Shown piece by piece: positions 29,619 through 38,676 of a DNA stretch of 64,000 nucleotides; the stretch's first letter is position 1; each line of letters starts with the position of its first letter. The notes below the pieces were generated by a model. It saw nothing but the letters and a program-made list of their open reading frames with translations, did not search any database and was not told the origin of the DNA. The DNA comes from a virus. Its lineage: Duplodnaviria; Caudoviricetes. Location of the stretch: positions 32,001 through 96,000 of IMG/VR virus record IMGVR_UViG_3300013713_000001. The stretch is one strand, 5' to 3'. The position numbers and the translations under genes are program-made.

Positions 29619-30371
29619 TTACTTGCAGAATTCGGTGTGCTGAATCACGGTAGTTTCTTTGAAATTCTTACCGATGATCCAGTAAGTGGCGGAGAGCGGT
29701 AACTTCGCGGTACCAAACTCACCTTTAGTAAATTCTTTTCGCCACTTCTTTCCTTTGTTGCTGATCCCGACGAAAATGATAGGGTCCCCCTTGAGGACAA
29801 CCTCAACCTTCTCATCGACTTCGGACCATGGCGGTGTCCAACGCCATCCCTCGAGCGATTTAACCGGGAAGCTTAGGTAGCGATGCCCCTCAAGCTCACT
29901 GTTACCGTACGGGATCTTGCAGGTGTACGGAACGGTGTAGCGTTCGTGGGTGATGTGGTTCATCGCATACAGCCACCCCAGGTAACTCAATCCCGAGAGC
30001 AACAAGATGAAGAATAGCCAACCCGACCAGAACATCAGTCTTTTACGGCGGTTATTGCGTCTGAGCTGTGTGTGGATCTCCAGGGCCAGTCGTGCACGTT
30101 CCCCCGCATCTACGGCTGGGTCGGCCTTTAGAACTTCGGCAAGGTCTTTGTCGGACGTTTTACGACTGATTTCGATATTGCGCAAACGTCGTCGAGCTAA
30201 AGCACTCTTGAACCGCTTTTCTTCTGGAGAGTCGATCGCTGGTGGAGGTTTCGGGAAGGAGTACCGCTCTAGAATTTCTTCATCGGTTTCTTGTCGACCA
30301 AAACCCGCACCAGGATAGTTAACCTGGTCGCTCAAACCAACAACAGTGTCTTCCGCAGGTGGCAAATTCAT
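29619..30371 (-). CDS. Single-pass membrane protein
   Basis: RRNNRRKR followed by one hydrophobic helix. Confidence 0.7.
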   Translation of the reverse strand: MNLPPAEDTVVGLSDQVNYPGAGFGRQETDEEILERYSFPKPPPAIDSPEEKRFKSALARRRLRNIEISRKTSDKDLAEVLKADPAVDAGERARLALEIHTQLRRNNRRKRLMFWSGWLFFILLLSGLSYLGWLYAMNHITHERYTVPYTCKIPYGNSELEGHRYLSFPVKSLEGWRWTPPWSEVDEKVEVVLKGDPIIFVGISNKGKKWRKEFTKGEFGTAKLPLSATYWIIGKNFKETTVIQHTEFCK

Positions 30372-30404
30372 CTGAACAATCCTTTTGTAAGTTAGGTGAA
30401 GGTG

Positions 30405-30974
30405 TTACAACAGCCGGTTGATGAGGAACGGGATATGAAGTCCTGGATCCCCATCCTCCTTATCAAAAACACGGTAGGACAGGATACCAAACCGTGCATG
30501 ATTCGTCTGGTACGTTATCCCTACAAAAGCAGGAACGTCATCCAGCACGAAACTGACCCCACGCATCTTGAACTTCTCCAAGACCATGTGGATTGTTTTG
30601 ATGTACTTCATGTCGAAGAATTCCTGAACGTTGTTCAGTACCGCTTCGTTTACCGCCACACCTCGAGCCACCTCTGGACTACTCGAGAGAGCCAATACCG
30701 CCTGCTCTCCAAAGTTGATAACGTCAGGAGTGGTGATCAAACGATCCGTAGGAAAGTTATCCATCTCGATAATGTTGTCGAGGTGTTCGATCGCATGTGC
30801 GAATTCAACCAACAAAGCCTCGGGAAGTCCCGTACGTTGGAAGCGGGAGACGAATTCAGCATTGAAGGCTCCAAGAGTCTTGTCAACATCTTCCGACGTT
30901 ACATCGCCATGGATATTGTCGAAACTCTTCTTCTTGATTCGGCTCTCCTGAAAATCGGGTAAAATAGCTTGCAT
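30405..30974 (-). CDS. Hypothetical early protein
   Basis: 189-aa ORF downstream of promoter. Confidence 0.65.
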   Translation of the reverse strand: MQAILPDFQESRIKKKSFDNIHGDVTSEDVDKTLGAFNAEFVSRFQRTGLPEALLVEFAHAIEHLDNIIEMDNFPTDRLITTPDVINFGEQAVLALSSSPEVARGVAVNEAVLNNVQEFFDMKYIKTIHMVLEKFKMRGVSFVLDDVPAFVGITYQTNHARFGILSYRVFDKEDGDPGLHIPFLINRLL

Positions 30975-31057
30975 GGTAACAGCCCCTTGAAAAACGCAAA
31001 TTGGGTTTGCAAAATATACTCCGGCGAGTTATTTAATACCAGAGTCTAGTCACCTGG

Positions 31058-31068
31058 GTAATATAGGT
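31058..31068 (-). promoter_or_regulatory. Early promoter
   Basis: ACCTATATTAC. Confidence 0.8.
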
Positions 31069-31108
31069 GTCAAGAATTGCTTACCTTAATTAAAGTTGCA
31101 TACATAAC

Positions 31109-31142
31109 CTACTATCCAGGGCTTGGTGCCCCTGGATAGTAG
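31109..31142 (-). terminator. Terminator hairpin
   Basis: CTACTATCCAGGG/CCCTGGATAGTAG stem. Confidence 0.75.
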
Positions 31143-31151
31143 TTGTAACCG

Positions 31152-31760
31152 TTACGGGACAGTGTATGGGAACATGTCCTCGGGATGGGTCAGTTGCTTG
31201 TAGTTCGTTGGTGGAATCGTCATCAGCCCACCAGGTGCCACCGTCAACGGGATAGACCCACGGGTGTAGGCGTTCATGGTAATCGATAACGTGTTGCCAT
31301 TGACGGTCAGCTCATCGTTACCGATCTTGTACATAAAGCTGCTCTGGAACACTGCACGGGCGTTTGCCTCCAGGGTTTCTGGCATGGTCCGATTCGACAG
31401 TACCATCCCTGGAAGGATCTCGCCTTTAGACAGGTAACCGTAGACCCCTGGCTCCGTTTGCTCCGCCAACGCTTCAATGTTTGGCAACGGCGCTTTAGGG
31501 TTCTTTAATGCGAAGGGTTCCTTCTTTGCCAGGAACGCAGGTAGCCAACGTTGCTGGATACCTTTGAAGTTCCGGTTCTCGGAAGATACCGTGGCGATCT
31601 GAGGTTCAGGAATCCCAGGGACCAGATCCGAGATAGTGATATCCCCAAGTTCAAGCCCTTGGAACAGGACCAGCATCTTGGGGTCGTTCTTGTAACGTTC
31701 TAAGTTGACTTCAACAAACTTGTTAAGAAAAAGGGTTTCGAGTGGAATGATCCCGGCCAT
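31152..31760 (-). CDS. Putative virion protein, paralog of 2860..3441
   Basis: LFLNKFVEVNLERYKNDP vs LFLERFIAYNIRRYSSDP; similar length; AGGAGG RBS. Confidence 0.65.
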   Translation of the reverse strand: MAGIIPLETLFLNKFVEVNLERYKNDPKMLVLFQGLELGDITISDLVPGIPEPQIATVSSENRNFKGIQQRWLPAFLAKKEPFALKNPKAPLPNIEALAEQTEPGVYGYLSKGEILPGMVLSNRTMPETLEANARAVFQSSFMYKIGNDELTVNGNTLSITMNAYTRGSIPLTVAPGGLMTIPPTNYKQLTHPEDMFPYTVP

Positions 31761-31848
31761 AATGGGTGCCTCCTATTCAGTATAAGATTGACCCGTGCAG
31801 GCAACAAAAATAAAAGAAATGGAGAGGGTGTTACCCCTCTCCTATAAC

Positions 31849-33501
31849 TCAGTGTCCGGTCAGGACAGAACGACCATGCAGCTTGCTCGTATTGAATACC
31901 GAGCTTGCGGTTGCCAGGTACTGAGCGGTCTGGAACCCGCCCTTCAGTGCCGTGATGGTGGCGTACGCGGTATCCCAGACTGCCAGGGCTTCCAGGTCTT
32001 CAGAAGTCATCTTCTCGCCAGTGGCGATGTTGATGATCGGGAACTCCTGATCGATGTCCTTGATGTTGAAGGTCGCAGACACATGGCCCCACATGAGTGT
32101 TTTCCAGATGGAAGTACCCAGCTCCAGCAGCACCTCTCGCTCTGCGGGATTTTCCAGCTCTTTGTTGACCGCACGAGCCGCATTGATCAGACCCAAGCCA
32201 CAGCCCGGCAGTACACCGTTCTCCAGTGCACTACGAACAGCCTTCACAACGTCCTGGTAGCGGTCTACGCGCTCTTTGATCTCTTGGTTGGTCTCACCGC
32301 CCACAAGGATGGTTACCACCTCACCACGAAGCTTACGGATGCGACGTTCGTTGATACGAGCCCGCGGGGTGAACTTGTCGCTGTAGCTGTAGGTGGCGAT
32401 CTCTGCTTCGATCTCACCGATACGACGTTCGATGCGCGCTACCCCTTCTTCGTCGAGCTCATGGACCGAAGAACGTGTGAACCCGAGCACCAGCGGACTA
32501 CGACGGATTTCGACGTTGGTCACGTTACGCAGTGCTTCAATGCCATTGGCATACGGAGCGCCGAGCATGCTGCCAATGTCCACCATCTCCGCAGCGCCCA
32601 AACCGCCGCCGAGGTTGGTCTGCGCGACGACCACGCCAGGCAACCCGTTGACGTTGTACTTCTTCAACGAGTCCTGCTGGAGCAGGATGTGACTGAGGGT
32701 ATTGATCGGATCTTTCTCGATGCTGCGAACCACAAGAACGATCGTGGCCAGCGACTTACCGTCATCCATCTGCTTGCGGATGTTGGTAATGCCGTCAAAG
32801 AAGTCCTGCGGGTTAGCCCGGAGGATACGGTCATCGACCACCACCGGAACGTATTCTTTCAGGGTCACCTTGCTCGCGTTGTTCGTCCCTGCGAACCAGG
32901 GGTCGGCGAGGTACATGTTGATTGCCCGACCTTCGAGACGTTCGGTCTCGTCAACCGACCCACGACCTGGCTTGATGTCGACGTCTGGGTAACCCTTCTC
33001 GCAGCTGCGGTAGATGTCCATTACCTGCTGGGCAAGGGACTCATCCTGGTTGGATGTGGTGAGGGCCACCTTGTAGAGCTCTTTGTCATTGAGCGCTACA
33101 AACTTGGCGGTTTGTTTCAGCGCTGCAATGAGCTTGTTCACCACCCGCTCAACCAGACGACGGTTCTTGAAGGAGCTGTCCCGACGCAGGATGGCATGAA
33201 TGACAGAAGTCAGCAGAACAGTGGTGGTGGTACCGTCCCCGCATTCGTCATCGGTCTTGATGGCAGGTTCCGAAATGATGCGGTTAACGATCTCTTCCTC
33301 AACAGTACCAAACTTGATGCTCTTGGCAACGGTAACGCCGTCTTTGGTGGTCCAGCTCGAATCACCACTGCCGATGAGGGCTACCTTGCCGTCTGGACCC
33401 ATGGTCGAGACTACCGCTTGCACCACACGTTCGAGCACACTGTCAATGAGACCGTCAGCTTCTTCACCCAGGTAAATTTTGTCAGCCATCTTAATCTCCA
33501 C
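31849..33501 (-). CDS. groEL: Phage-encoded GroEL-like chaperonin
   Basis: STMGPDG, TKDGVTVAK, GDGTTTT, catalytic Asp in RYQD, VLPGCG, WD; no GGM tail. Confidence 0.95.
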   Translation of the reverse strand: MEIKMADKIYLGEEADGLIDSVLERVVQAVVSTMGPDGKVALIGSGDSSWTTKDGVTVAKSIKFGTVEEEIVNRIISEPAIKTDDECGDGTTTTVLLTSVIHAILRRDSSFKNRRLVERVVNKLIAALKQTAKFVALNDKELYKVALTTSNQDESLAQQVMDIYRSCEKGYPDVDIKPGRGSVDETERLEGRAINMYLADPWFAGTNNASKVTLKEYVPVVVDDRILRANPQDFFDGITNIRKQMDDGKSLATIVLVVRSIEKDPINTLSHILLQQDSLKKYNVNGLPGVVVAQTNLGGGLGAAEMVDIGSMLGAPYANGIEALRNVTNVEIRRSPLVLGFTRSSVHELDEEGVARIERRIGEIEAEIATYSYSDKFTPRARINERRIRKLRGEVVTILVGGETNQEIKERVDRYQDVVKAVRSALENGVLPGCGLGLINAARAVNKELENPAEREVLLELGTSIWKTLMWGHVSATFNIKDIDQEFPIINIATGEKMTSEDLEALAVWDTAYATITALKGGFQTAQYLATASSVFNTSKLHGRSVLTGH

Positions 33502-33536
33502 TTACAGAAATAAACAATAAAGGTTACTACACCCAA

Positions 33537-33547
33537 GTAATATAGGT
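33537..33547 (-). promoter_or_regulatory. Early promoter upstream of chaperonin
   Basis: ACCTATATTAC about 40 nt before chaperonin start. Confidence 0.8.
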
Positions 33548-33557
33548 GTGAGTTTTT

Positions 33558-33749
33558 CTACTTGTGCACGTAATCCAGAACGAGCATGACAAGCATTGGA
33601 ACACCCATCCACACAAACACCATAAACAGCCTGAAGAAGTACCCTCTCCACCGGCGCTTACGTTTCTCTCGTTTCAGAAATGTGTTCCAGTACTCATCTG
33701 CAAACAACCGTGCTTCGGCAACACTGTCGGGTTTATTAGGGTCTAGCAC
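33558..33749 (-). CDS. Small membrane protein
   Basis: Basic stretch then C-terminal hydrophobic helix; GTG start. Confidence 0.5.
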   Translation of the reverse strand: MLDPNKPDSVAEARLFADEYWNTFLKREKRKRRWRGYFFRLFMVFVWMGVPMLVMLVLDYVHK

Positions 33750-33753
33750 GGGA

Positions 33754-33858
33754 TCACCACTGAGAGGTGACGTGACTGACCACGAAGAAAGCAACCCCCA
33801 ACACAACCACCTTCATCAAACTGTGTATCAACCCAGGGACAACGTGTTTCCGGTACAT
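33754..33858 (-). CDS. 34-aa hydrophobic peptide
   Basis: Hand translation MYRKHVVPGLIHSLMKVVVLGVAFFVVSHVTSQW, AAGGA upstream. Confidence 0.4.
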   Translation of the reverse strand: MYRKHVVPGLIHSLMKVVVLGVAFFVVSHVTSQW

Positions 33859-33860
33859 TC

Positions 33861-34550
33861 CTATTCCTTGATTACTTTTATGTCACTGTCTTGGGGGAGT
33901 AGATTATGCAACTCACCTGCCTCGTGACGGTCGTTTAACTTCTTGACGGACGCCAATGCATTTTCCAGCGATTTTGCAAGGCCTTCCAGCCAAGCCCATT
34001 TACTCTCCAGGTTACTGATCTGGGTCTTCTCCATAAAGCTGTCAGTGTAAGGACCGTAATAGTCCAACCACAGGTGAATAGAGCGTGTACAGTCAGCAAC
34101 GTAGAATTTACCTCCCCCTTTTGCGGTAATCTCGTAAAAACAATAACCGGTATAGGGAGTCTCCGGAATGTTTTCGTTGAGCCAGAACCGCTTCTGTTCC
34201 TCAGGGTATTCACCTGGGTTCTTGACGCGGTTACGGCATTCCTTGACCACGTACCGAATGGCGTCTCGAACAAGGGTCAGCTTGTTGCTAAACCTTACGA
34301 GCCCTTCGTCGTGTTCATCCGAGTGCAAACGAATAGTCGTATTGCCGTAGCGGATGTTAAAACTTGCACCCCAACGAAACCTCCGCTGGCCTGGTTCAAT
34401 CATGTTGCCTTCTCGGTCGTAACGAGCCTGTTTAAAGGCAGGAGAGATGGACATGTTGTAAAAGGTGCAGTCTGCACTCATTTCGTCGTGGAGGTAGGTA
34501 ATACTGGGTAGCCATTCTTTCTTGAGCTCTAACAACGAGGGCCCTGACAT
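33861..34550 (-). CDS. Hypothetical protein
   Basis: Likely start MSGPSL with GGAG RBS. Confidence 0.7.
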   Translation of the reverse strand: MSGPSLLELKKEWLPSITYLHDEMSADCTFYNMSISPAFKQARYDREGNMIEPGQRRFRWGASFNIRYGNTTIRLHSDEHDEGLVRFSNKLTLVRDAIRYVVKECRNRVKNPGEYPEEQKRFWLNENIPETPYTGYCFYEITAKGGGKFYVADCTRSIHLWLDYYGPYTDSFMEKTQISNLESKWAWLEGLAKSLENALASVKKLNDRHEAGELHNLLPQDSDIKVIKE

Positions 34551-34573
34551 AACGTGTACTCCCAACTCTGCAT

Positions 34574-34693
34574 CTAGGGGAAATGCCGAATGATCCAAAT
34601 CAGTCCCCCTACAACATAGGCGAATGCAATCACCCCAAAAGTGTTAGACCAATAGACCTCAGCAGTAGTTCTTCTTGTTTTGTGCGTGTTCAT
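34574..34693 (-). CDS. 39-aa membrane peptide
   Basis: Hand translation MNTHKTRR...FGVIAFAYVVGGLIWIIRHFP. Confidence 0.45.
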   Translation of the reverse strand: MNTHKTRRTTAEVYWSNTFGVIAFAYVVGGLIWIIRHFP

Positions 34694-34763
34694 GTTAAAC
34701 CTTGATAAAAAAGGATACACCACCCTTCCTAGCGGGTTAGGCTAGGAAGAGTAATGAATTCAC

Positions 34764-35024
34764 TTACTTCGCCACCAGGTAGTATGCGTTGCCCAGTTTT
34801 TCGAAACGGCTGTTCTCACAGCTGACGTTGGTGTCCGTGTGGATCTCGATCTTGGCACCGAGGTTGAACGCCGACACCACGCGCCCGACGATATGCTCCT
34901 GCTTCACTTCACCGGTCTCGAAACGCGCCCGGGTGATGATGTGAATCCCTTCTGCTTTCAACTGACCGCTGATCAGCTTGAAGGTGTTCATTGGGATCTT
35001 TTGTTGAATCTTGACTTTGGACAT
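34764..35024 (-). CDS. Small hypothetical protein, biased codons
   Basis: 86 aa, AAGGA RBS, followed by hairpin. Confidence 0.7.
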   Translation of the reverse strand: MSKVKIQQKIPMNTFKLISGQLKAEGIHIITRARFETGEVKQEHIVGRVVSAFNLGAKIEIHTDTNVSCENSRFEKLGNAYYLVAK

Positions 35025-35058
35025 TTCTGTTCCTTAGTGAGCGCATCGCGCTGGGTGG

Positions 35059-35337
35059 TTAAAGTAAGCCTTTCGAATGCGGAACGGCGTAACCGTAGGT
35101 AAACAACAGCAGGCTGACAAAGGTGACCACCAACCAGAACATGGTCGGAAAGGTGGCGGCCCTTATCCGTTTAGTCAGGTCTTTCAGCTCATCAACCTGC
35201 CCCTTAGATACCAGGGGGTCACGGTTGAAAACCTGGGTGAACTTTGTCGTGAGCCTGAAGAACAGGAAGCAGTAGAACAGAAACCATGCGAAAGACACGA
35301 AGTGCGCGATTTCAAGCAAGATGGCCCATACCGGCAT
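35059..35337 (-). CDS. Two-helix membrane protein
   Basis: Two hydrophobic segments. Confidence 0.65.
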   Translation of the reverse strand: MPVWAILLEIAHFVSFAWFLFYCFLFFRLTTKFTQVFNRDPLVSKGQVDELKDLTKRIRAATFPTMFWLVVTFVSLLLFTYGYAVPHSKGLL

Positions 35338-35340
35338 GGG

Positions 35341-35997
35341 TTATTCTCCTTTGCCCTGAGGGCCAGGGCGTTTGCGGAAGAACACCGAGTCCGGGTTCAG
35401 GATCGGCTTCCACTGTGCGGCATGGGTCTCGCAGAACGTGTGGGTATCCTGTTCCCGGGTCTCGGAGACCAGGCATTTCCGGCAAGTGCGCGAAGCTGTT
35501 GATCCGGCGTACTTTACGTTCTCCCAGTTGGTCCACGGGTGTCCGAAATGACGGCAATAGAAGAAACGCCAGGCCAGGCGGTAGAAGGCGTTCGTCACCG
35601 GGTATTCACGAGCCAGGGTAAACATGAAGTGCGACCGCGTTACCTTGCGGAGCCAGATCCCATGAAGTTTGCTGGAAGAGGTGTACGTTTTGAAGTACTG
35701 GTAGATGTAAGGCAGGAGACTGCGGTAGCTGGAGATCAGTCCCAGTACGATCGTCAGCAGCCACCCCCACAGAGGCACGATGAACACCCCGGTCTCTTGG
35801 AACAGCAACGCCAGGAACTGAGGGGCCATGAAACGAACAACACCCAGCCAGGGAGAGAGCTGAGTGACAAGATTAGCAAGTTTCAACCAATCATCCCGCC
35901 GCTGGCCCATCACCAGGAGGCTTTGCCGGTGCATCACCAGCTTGTAATAGTAGAGCTCGAAGACAACCATGGATGTCAACGTCCAAAGAGCAAGCAT
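35341..35997 (-). CDS. Membrane protein with C-terminal Cys/His Zn-binding-like motif
   Basis: Hydrophobic N-half; CRHFGHPW...CRKC...CETH. Confidence 0.6.
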   Translation of the reverse strand: MLALWTLTSMVVFELYYYKLVMHRQSLLVMGQRRDDWLKLANLVTQLSPWLGVVRFMAPQFLALLFQETGVFIVPLWGWLLTIVLGLISSYRSLLPYIYQYFKTYTSSSKLHGIWLRKVTRSHFMFTLAREYPVTNAFYRLAWRFFYCRHFGHPWTNWENVKYAGSTASRTCRKCLVSETREQDTHTFCETHAAQWKPILNPDSVFFRKRPGPQGKGE

Positions 35998-36049
35998 AAC
36001 GGTGTTCCTTATAGTGAGCGAATAAGATACGGCGGTTTGCTAAAGAGTG

Positions 36050-36502
36050 TTATTGGAGCTCGTCGACAATGGCTTTGTTGACCTGTCTGAAACAGAGTGC
36101 CTTCTGACCTTCGAACACGGGCCAGTTAAGAATCCATACAGGATGCCAGGTTTTAACCTCGGTCACGCCGAATTTGACCGTAGCGTCCCCGCGGGTGGTA
36201 GCAGTCAGGCGGACCATGTTTGGATAGTCCGTGTAACCCCTGGTCAGGTTCTCGTAGATCTTGAAGAGACGTGCTAGTGCATCCTGGTCCTTTACCCCAA
36301 CCATGATGTAACCCATCCCAGGCGTCTTACCCTTGGGATGACCCTCGCACGACCAGATCGAAACCAGCCCAGCCATGCGATTAAGTGCGATCAAGCCTTC
36401 CATCACCCCTTGGTCATGGTCGGGATTGCCTTGTATCTCGCCCTTGGCTTCAGCCCATCGTTCACAGAGCTTAACAAACTTGTCGGGTGGCATAAAGTTC
36501 AT
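36050..36502 (-). CDS. SCEGH-motif protein (TYW3-like fold, tentative)
   Basis: LN..GLVSIWSCEGHP..GYI. Confidence 0.55.
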   Translation of the reverse strand: MNFMPPDKFVKLCERWAEAKGEIQGNPDHDQGVMEGLIALNRMAGLVSIWSCEGHPKGKTPGMGYIMVGVKDQDALARLFKIYENLTRGYTDYPNMVRLTATTRGDATVKFGVTEVKTWHPVWILNWPVFEGQKALCFRQVNKAIVDELQ

Positions 36503-36508
36503 AGCAGA

Positions 36509-36955
36509 TTACTCCAGTACAGTAAGGGAGGCAGTGTTGATATGTTGGAAGATCTGGGGGACCTCACGGAAGTCGAAGCCCCATTTCAAAGTCCAGACAG
36601 GGTAGGACGCTGCATTAGGTCCTTTCTCCCGTAAGGTGATGTCGTGTTTGTATTCGGTCATTAGTACGCTTTCGTACGCCTTTCCGCGTAGTTCGATAAG
36701 CCGTGACTGGAACTTGAACAGTGCGGCCAGACCCTGTTCGCCCAGAACGCCAAAGGTGATGTAGCCGTAACCACGCCCGGCGGCGTTCAGAGTCCCCTGG
36801 CGGGAATTAACCGTAACGAGCTCAGGGTGCTTATTGACAGTAATAATCGCCATCAGGATCTCAGGATCAAACTGGGATCGGTCTTCGAGAAAGATCGAGG
36901 CTTTGTCGTAGCGGTATTCCAACCGCTCAAAGGTGTCCGGGTGCATGAAGTTCAT
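36509..36955 (-). CDS. Tandem paralog of 36050 lacking the SCxGH motif
   Basis: Shared MNFM.PD.F, GYI..GV, L..LFK, PVW.L.W. Confidence 0.65.
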   Translation of the reverse strand: MNFMHPDTFERLEYRYDKASIFLEDRSQFDPEILMAIITVNKHPELVTVNSRQGTLNAAGRGYGYITFGVLGEQGLAALFKFQSRLIELRGKAYESVLMTEYKHDITLREKGPNAASYPVWTLKWGFDFREVPQIFQHINTASLTVLE

Positions 36956-36958
36956 GGC

Positions 36959-37366
36959 TTATTTCTCCCGAGGACTGGATGGTGGAAACGGAGCATGTCT
37001 CTTGTAAAACGCGTGAACTGAGAGCATGTTGTCTAACATCCGTTTAGTAGCGGCTGCCACCCGTGGGTCCATGTAGATACTTGTCATTTCGCCATGGTCG
37101 TTTTCTTCATCCACCGAGATAATTCGGTTATTTACCACCGCCAGTTTGTAGCGGCGGTGGTACTCGGTTTCATCTTCACCGTAGAGCTCAAAGCACAGTT
37201 CGTTGATCACAAGGTCAGGATCACCCGGTTTACGGATATAGCCATCCTTGTCGATGTTCAGGATCGCAAGTGTGCAACCCAGCGTATTGCTCTGGTAAAA
37301 GTCTTTTGGTGGAATGATCTTTACCTTGCTGTCTCTGTCTACTGTTACTTCGTCATAAAGTCCCAT
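36959..37366 (-). CDS. Hypothetical phage protein (MGLYD..YQS..C type)
   Basis: 135-aa ORF after promoter, GAGG RBS. Confidence 0.65.
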   Translation of the reverse strand: MGLYDEVTVDRDSKVKIIPPKDFYQSNTLGCTLAILNIDKDGYIRKPGDPDLVINELCFELYGEDETEYHRRYKLAVVNNRIISVDEENDHGEMTSIYMDPRVAAATKRMLDNMLSVHAFYKRHAPFPPSSPREK

Positions 37367-37404
37367 AGTACAATCCTCAAAACAAATGATGGTTATTCAA
37401 CCTA

Positions 37405-37415
37405 ATAATGTAGGT
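37405..37415 (-). promoter_or_regulatory. Early promoter variant
   Basis: ACCTACATTAT in the same flanking context (TTCAA..., GGTTGAATA). Confidence 0.7.
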
Positions 37416-37475
37416 TTGAAGAAATATAGAAAACAAAAAAAATAAAGCAGGCGGTTAGGCCTGCTTTAGCGGTGG

Positions 37476-37973
37476 TTAGGCTAGGGAGTCCAGCCTCTGA
37501 ACAATCCCGACTCCCCCTGACCGGAGTTCAGATGTCCAGGTAACCAGTTCCCCTTTGCTGTTGGGCATTGCAAAGAAGGACCGGTTATAAGGGATCTCGG
37601 TGGACCCCCAGGAGGCACTGGTCCGGTAGAACCTTTGCTCATGCCGTACCGACCGCTGAAAGAACCACGATGGTTTAGGAATCATCACTGCCAATTGTGG
37701 TTCCAACACGCACGTCAGCGTGGAATGGGCAGTTCTCTCCTGAAGGACCAGCTCGAAGAGGTCTTTGTCCTCGCGGATGACCTCATAGAGCTTGTTGTGC
37801 TCCACGTAAGCCCTGACCTCATCTACCAGGTGTTCCGGGCGCTGAATGACCGGCCACCCTGCCACAAAAGAAATAAACTTGAAACGCTGGTAGAGTTGAT
37901 ACCAGAGTGTATCGTTATTGGCCTCTTGGATAAACAAGCTGTTGAGTTCGAACACTAAGCGGTTAGTCTTCAT
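37476..37973 (-). CDS. Hypothetical protein
   Basis: 165-aa ORF. Confidence 0.65.
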   Translation of the reverse strand: MKTNRLVFELNSLFIQEANNDTLWYQLYQRFKFISFVAGWPVIQRPEHLVDEVRAYVEHNKLYEVIREDKDLFELVLQERTAHSTLTCVLEPQLAVMIPKPSWFFQRSVRHEQRFYRTSASWGSTEIPYNRSFFAMPNSKGELVTWTSELRSGGVGIVQRLDSLA

Positions 37974-37985
37974 GGCTGTATCTCG

Positions 37986-38438
37986 TTAAGGGATCTGGAG
38001 CTTGCGGTTCTTTTCTTCCTTCGAGACAATCTGTAACGACCAGCGGGATATGGGCGCAACAAGGGTCTTCCCGTAGGCAGTCTTGGTCTCGTCCATGAGG
38101 TGTTCGTTACCCGGACGAATGATGAGAAAGACCTCGTCTTCCCCTTTCTCGAGGATGTCGTAGTACCGCGGGTTGTCCCGGAACCAGCGACGGATGACCC
38201 CGATCAGACCCGACGGATGACCCATGTCCATCGAGGTGTGGTAGAGTCGCTTTGCTTCAATCAACGCAGCGCCGGCCAGGTTCCAGCCGTTGTCCGAGTC
38301 CTGCTTGAAGTACGACGACAGGGGGAGAACAACCCAGCCCTCTTGGGTATGTTCGTTGATTTCGTAAACCATAGCACCCAGAGCGAGTGCTGCTTCTGGC
38401 TTACCTTCTGGAATAATGAACTTTTCAAACGTCTTCAT
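37986..38438 (-). CDS. Hypothetical protein
   Basis: Start MKTFEK with GAGG RBS. Confidence 0.65.
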   Translation of the reverse strand: MKTFEKFIIPEGKPEAALALGAMVYEINEHTQEGWVVLPLSSYFKQDSDNGWNLAGAALIEAKRLYHTSMDMGHPSGLIGVIRRWFRDNPRYYDILEKGEDEVFLIIRPGNEHLMDETKTAYGKTLVAPISRWSLQIVSKEEKNRKLQIP

Positions 38439-38448
38439 TGGAAAATCC

Positions 38449-38676
38449 TCAGTTATAGAGCGGTTGCTCCTTGGGCACAAGCAAATCGGTATACCACGTC
38501 AGCGTGTCACCTTTCCTTATCCCCGTGTGTTCTCCACGAAGAAAGAAACAAAGTGTACCGTGGGCGATGAGAACCCCGGAGGGTCTCACCGCCTTTACCT
38601 TAAAAACGGTATACTTGCTGACTGCGGCGTATTCCCCCGGCTTCAACTGCAAACAGTGATTCGGAAGCAACGACAT
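38449..38676 (-). CDS. Small hypothetical protein
   Basis: MSLLPN start; overlaps end of upstream ORF. Confidence 0.4.
   Translation of the reverse strand: MSLLPNHCLQLKPGEYAAVSKYTVFKVKAVRPSGVLIAHGTLCFFLRGEHTGIRKGDTLTWYTDLLVPKEQPLYN

Noticed and set aside
31795-33513. 572-aa + strand ORF
   Set aside because: Antisense shadow of the chaperonin caused by codon bias; no recognisable protein motifs
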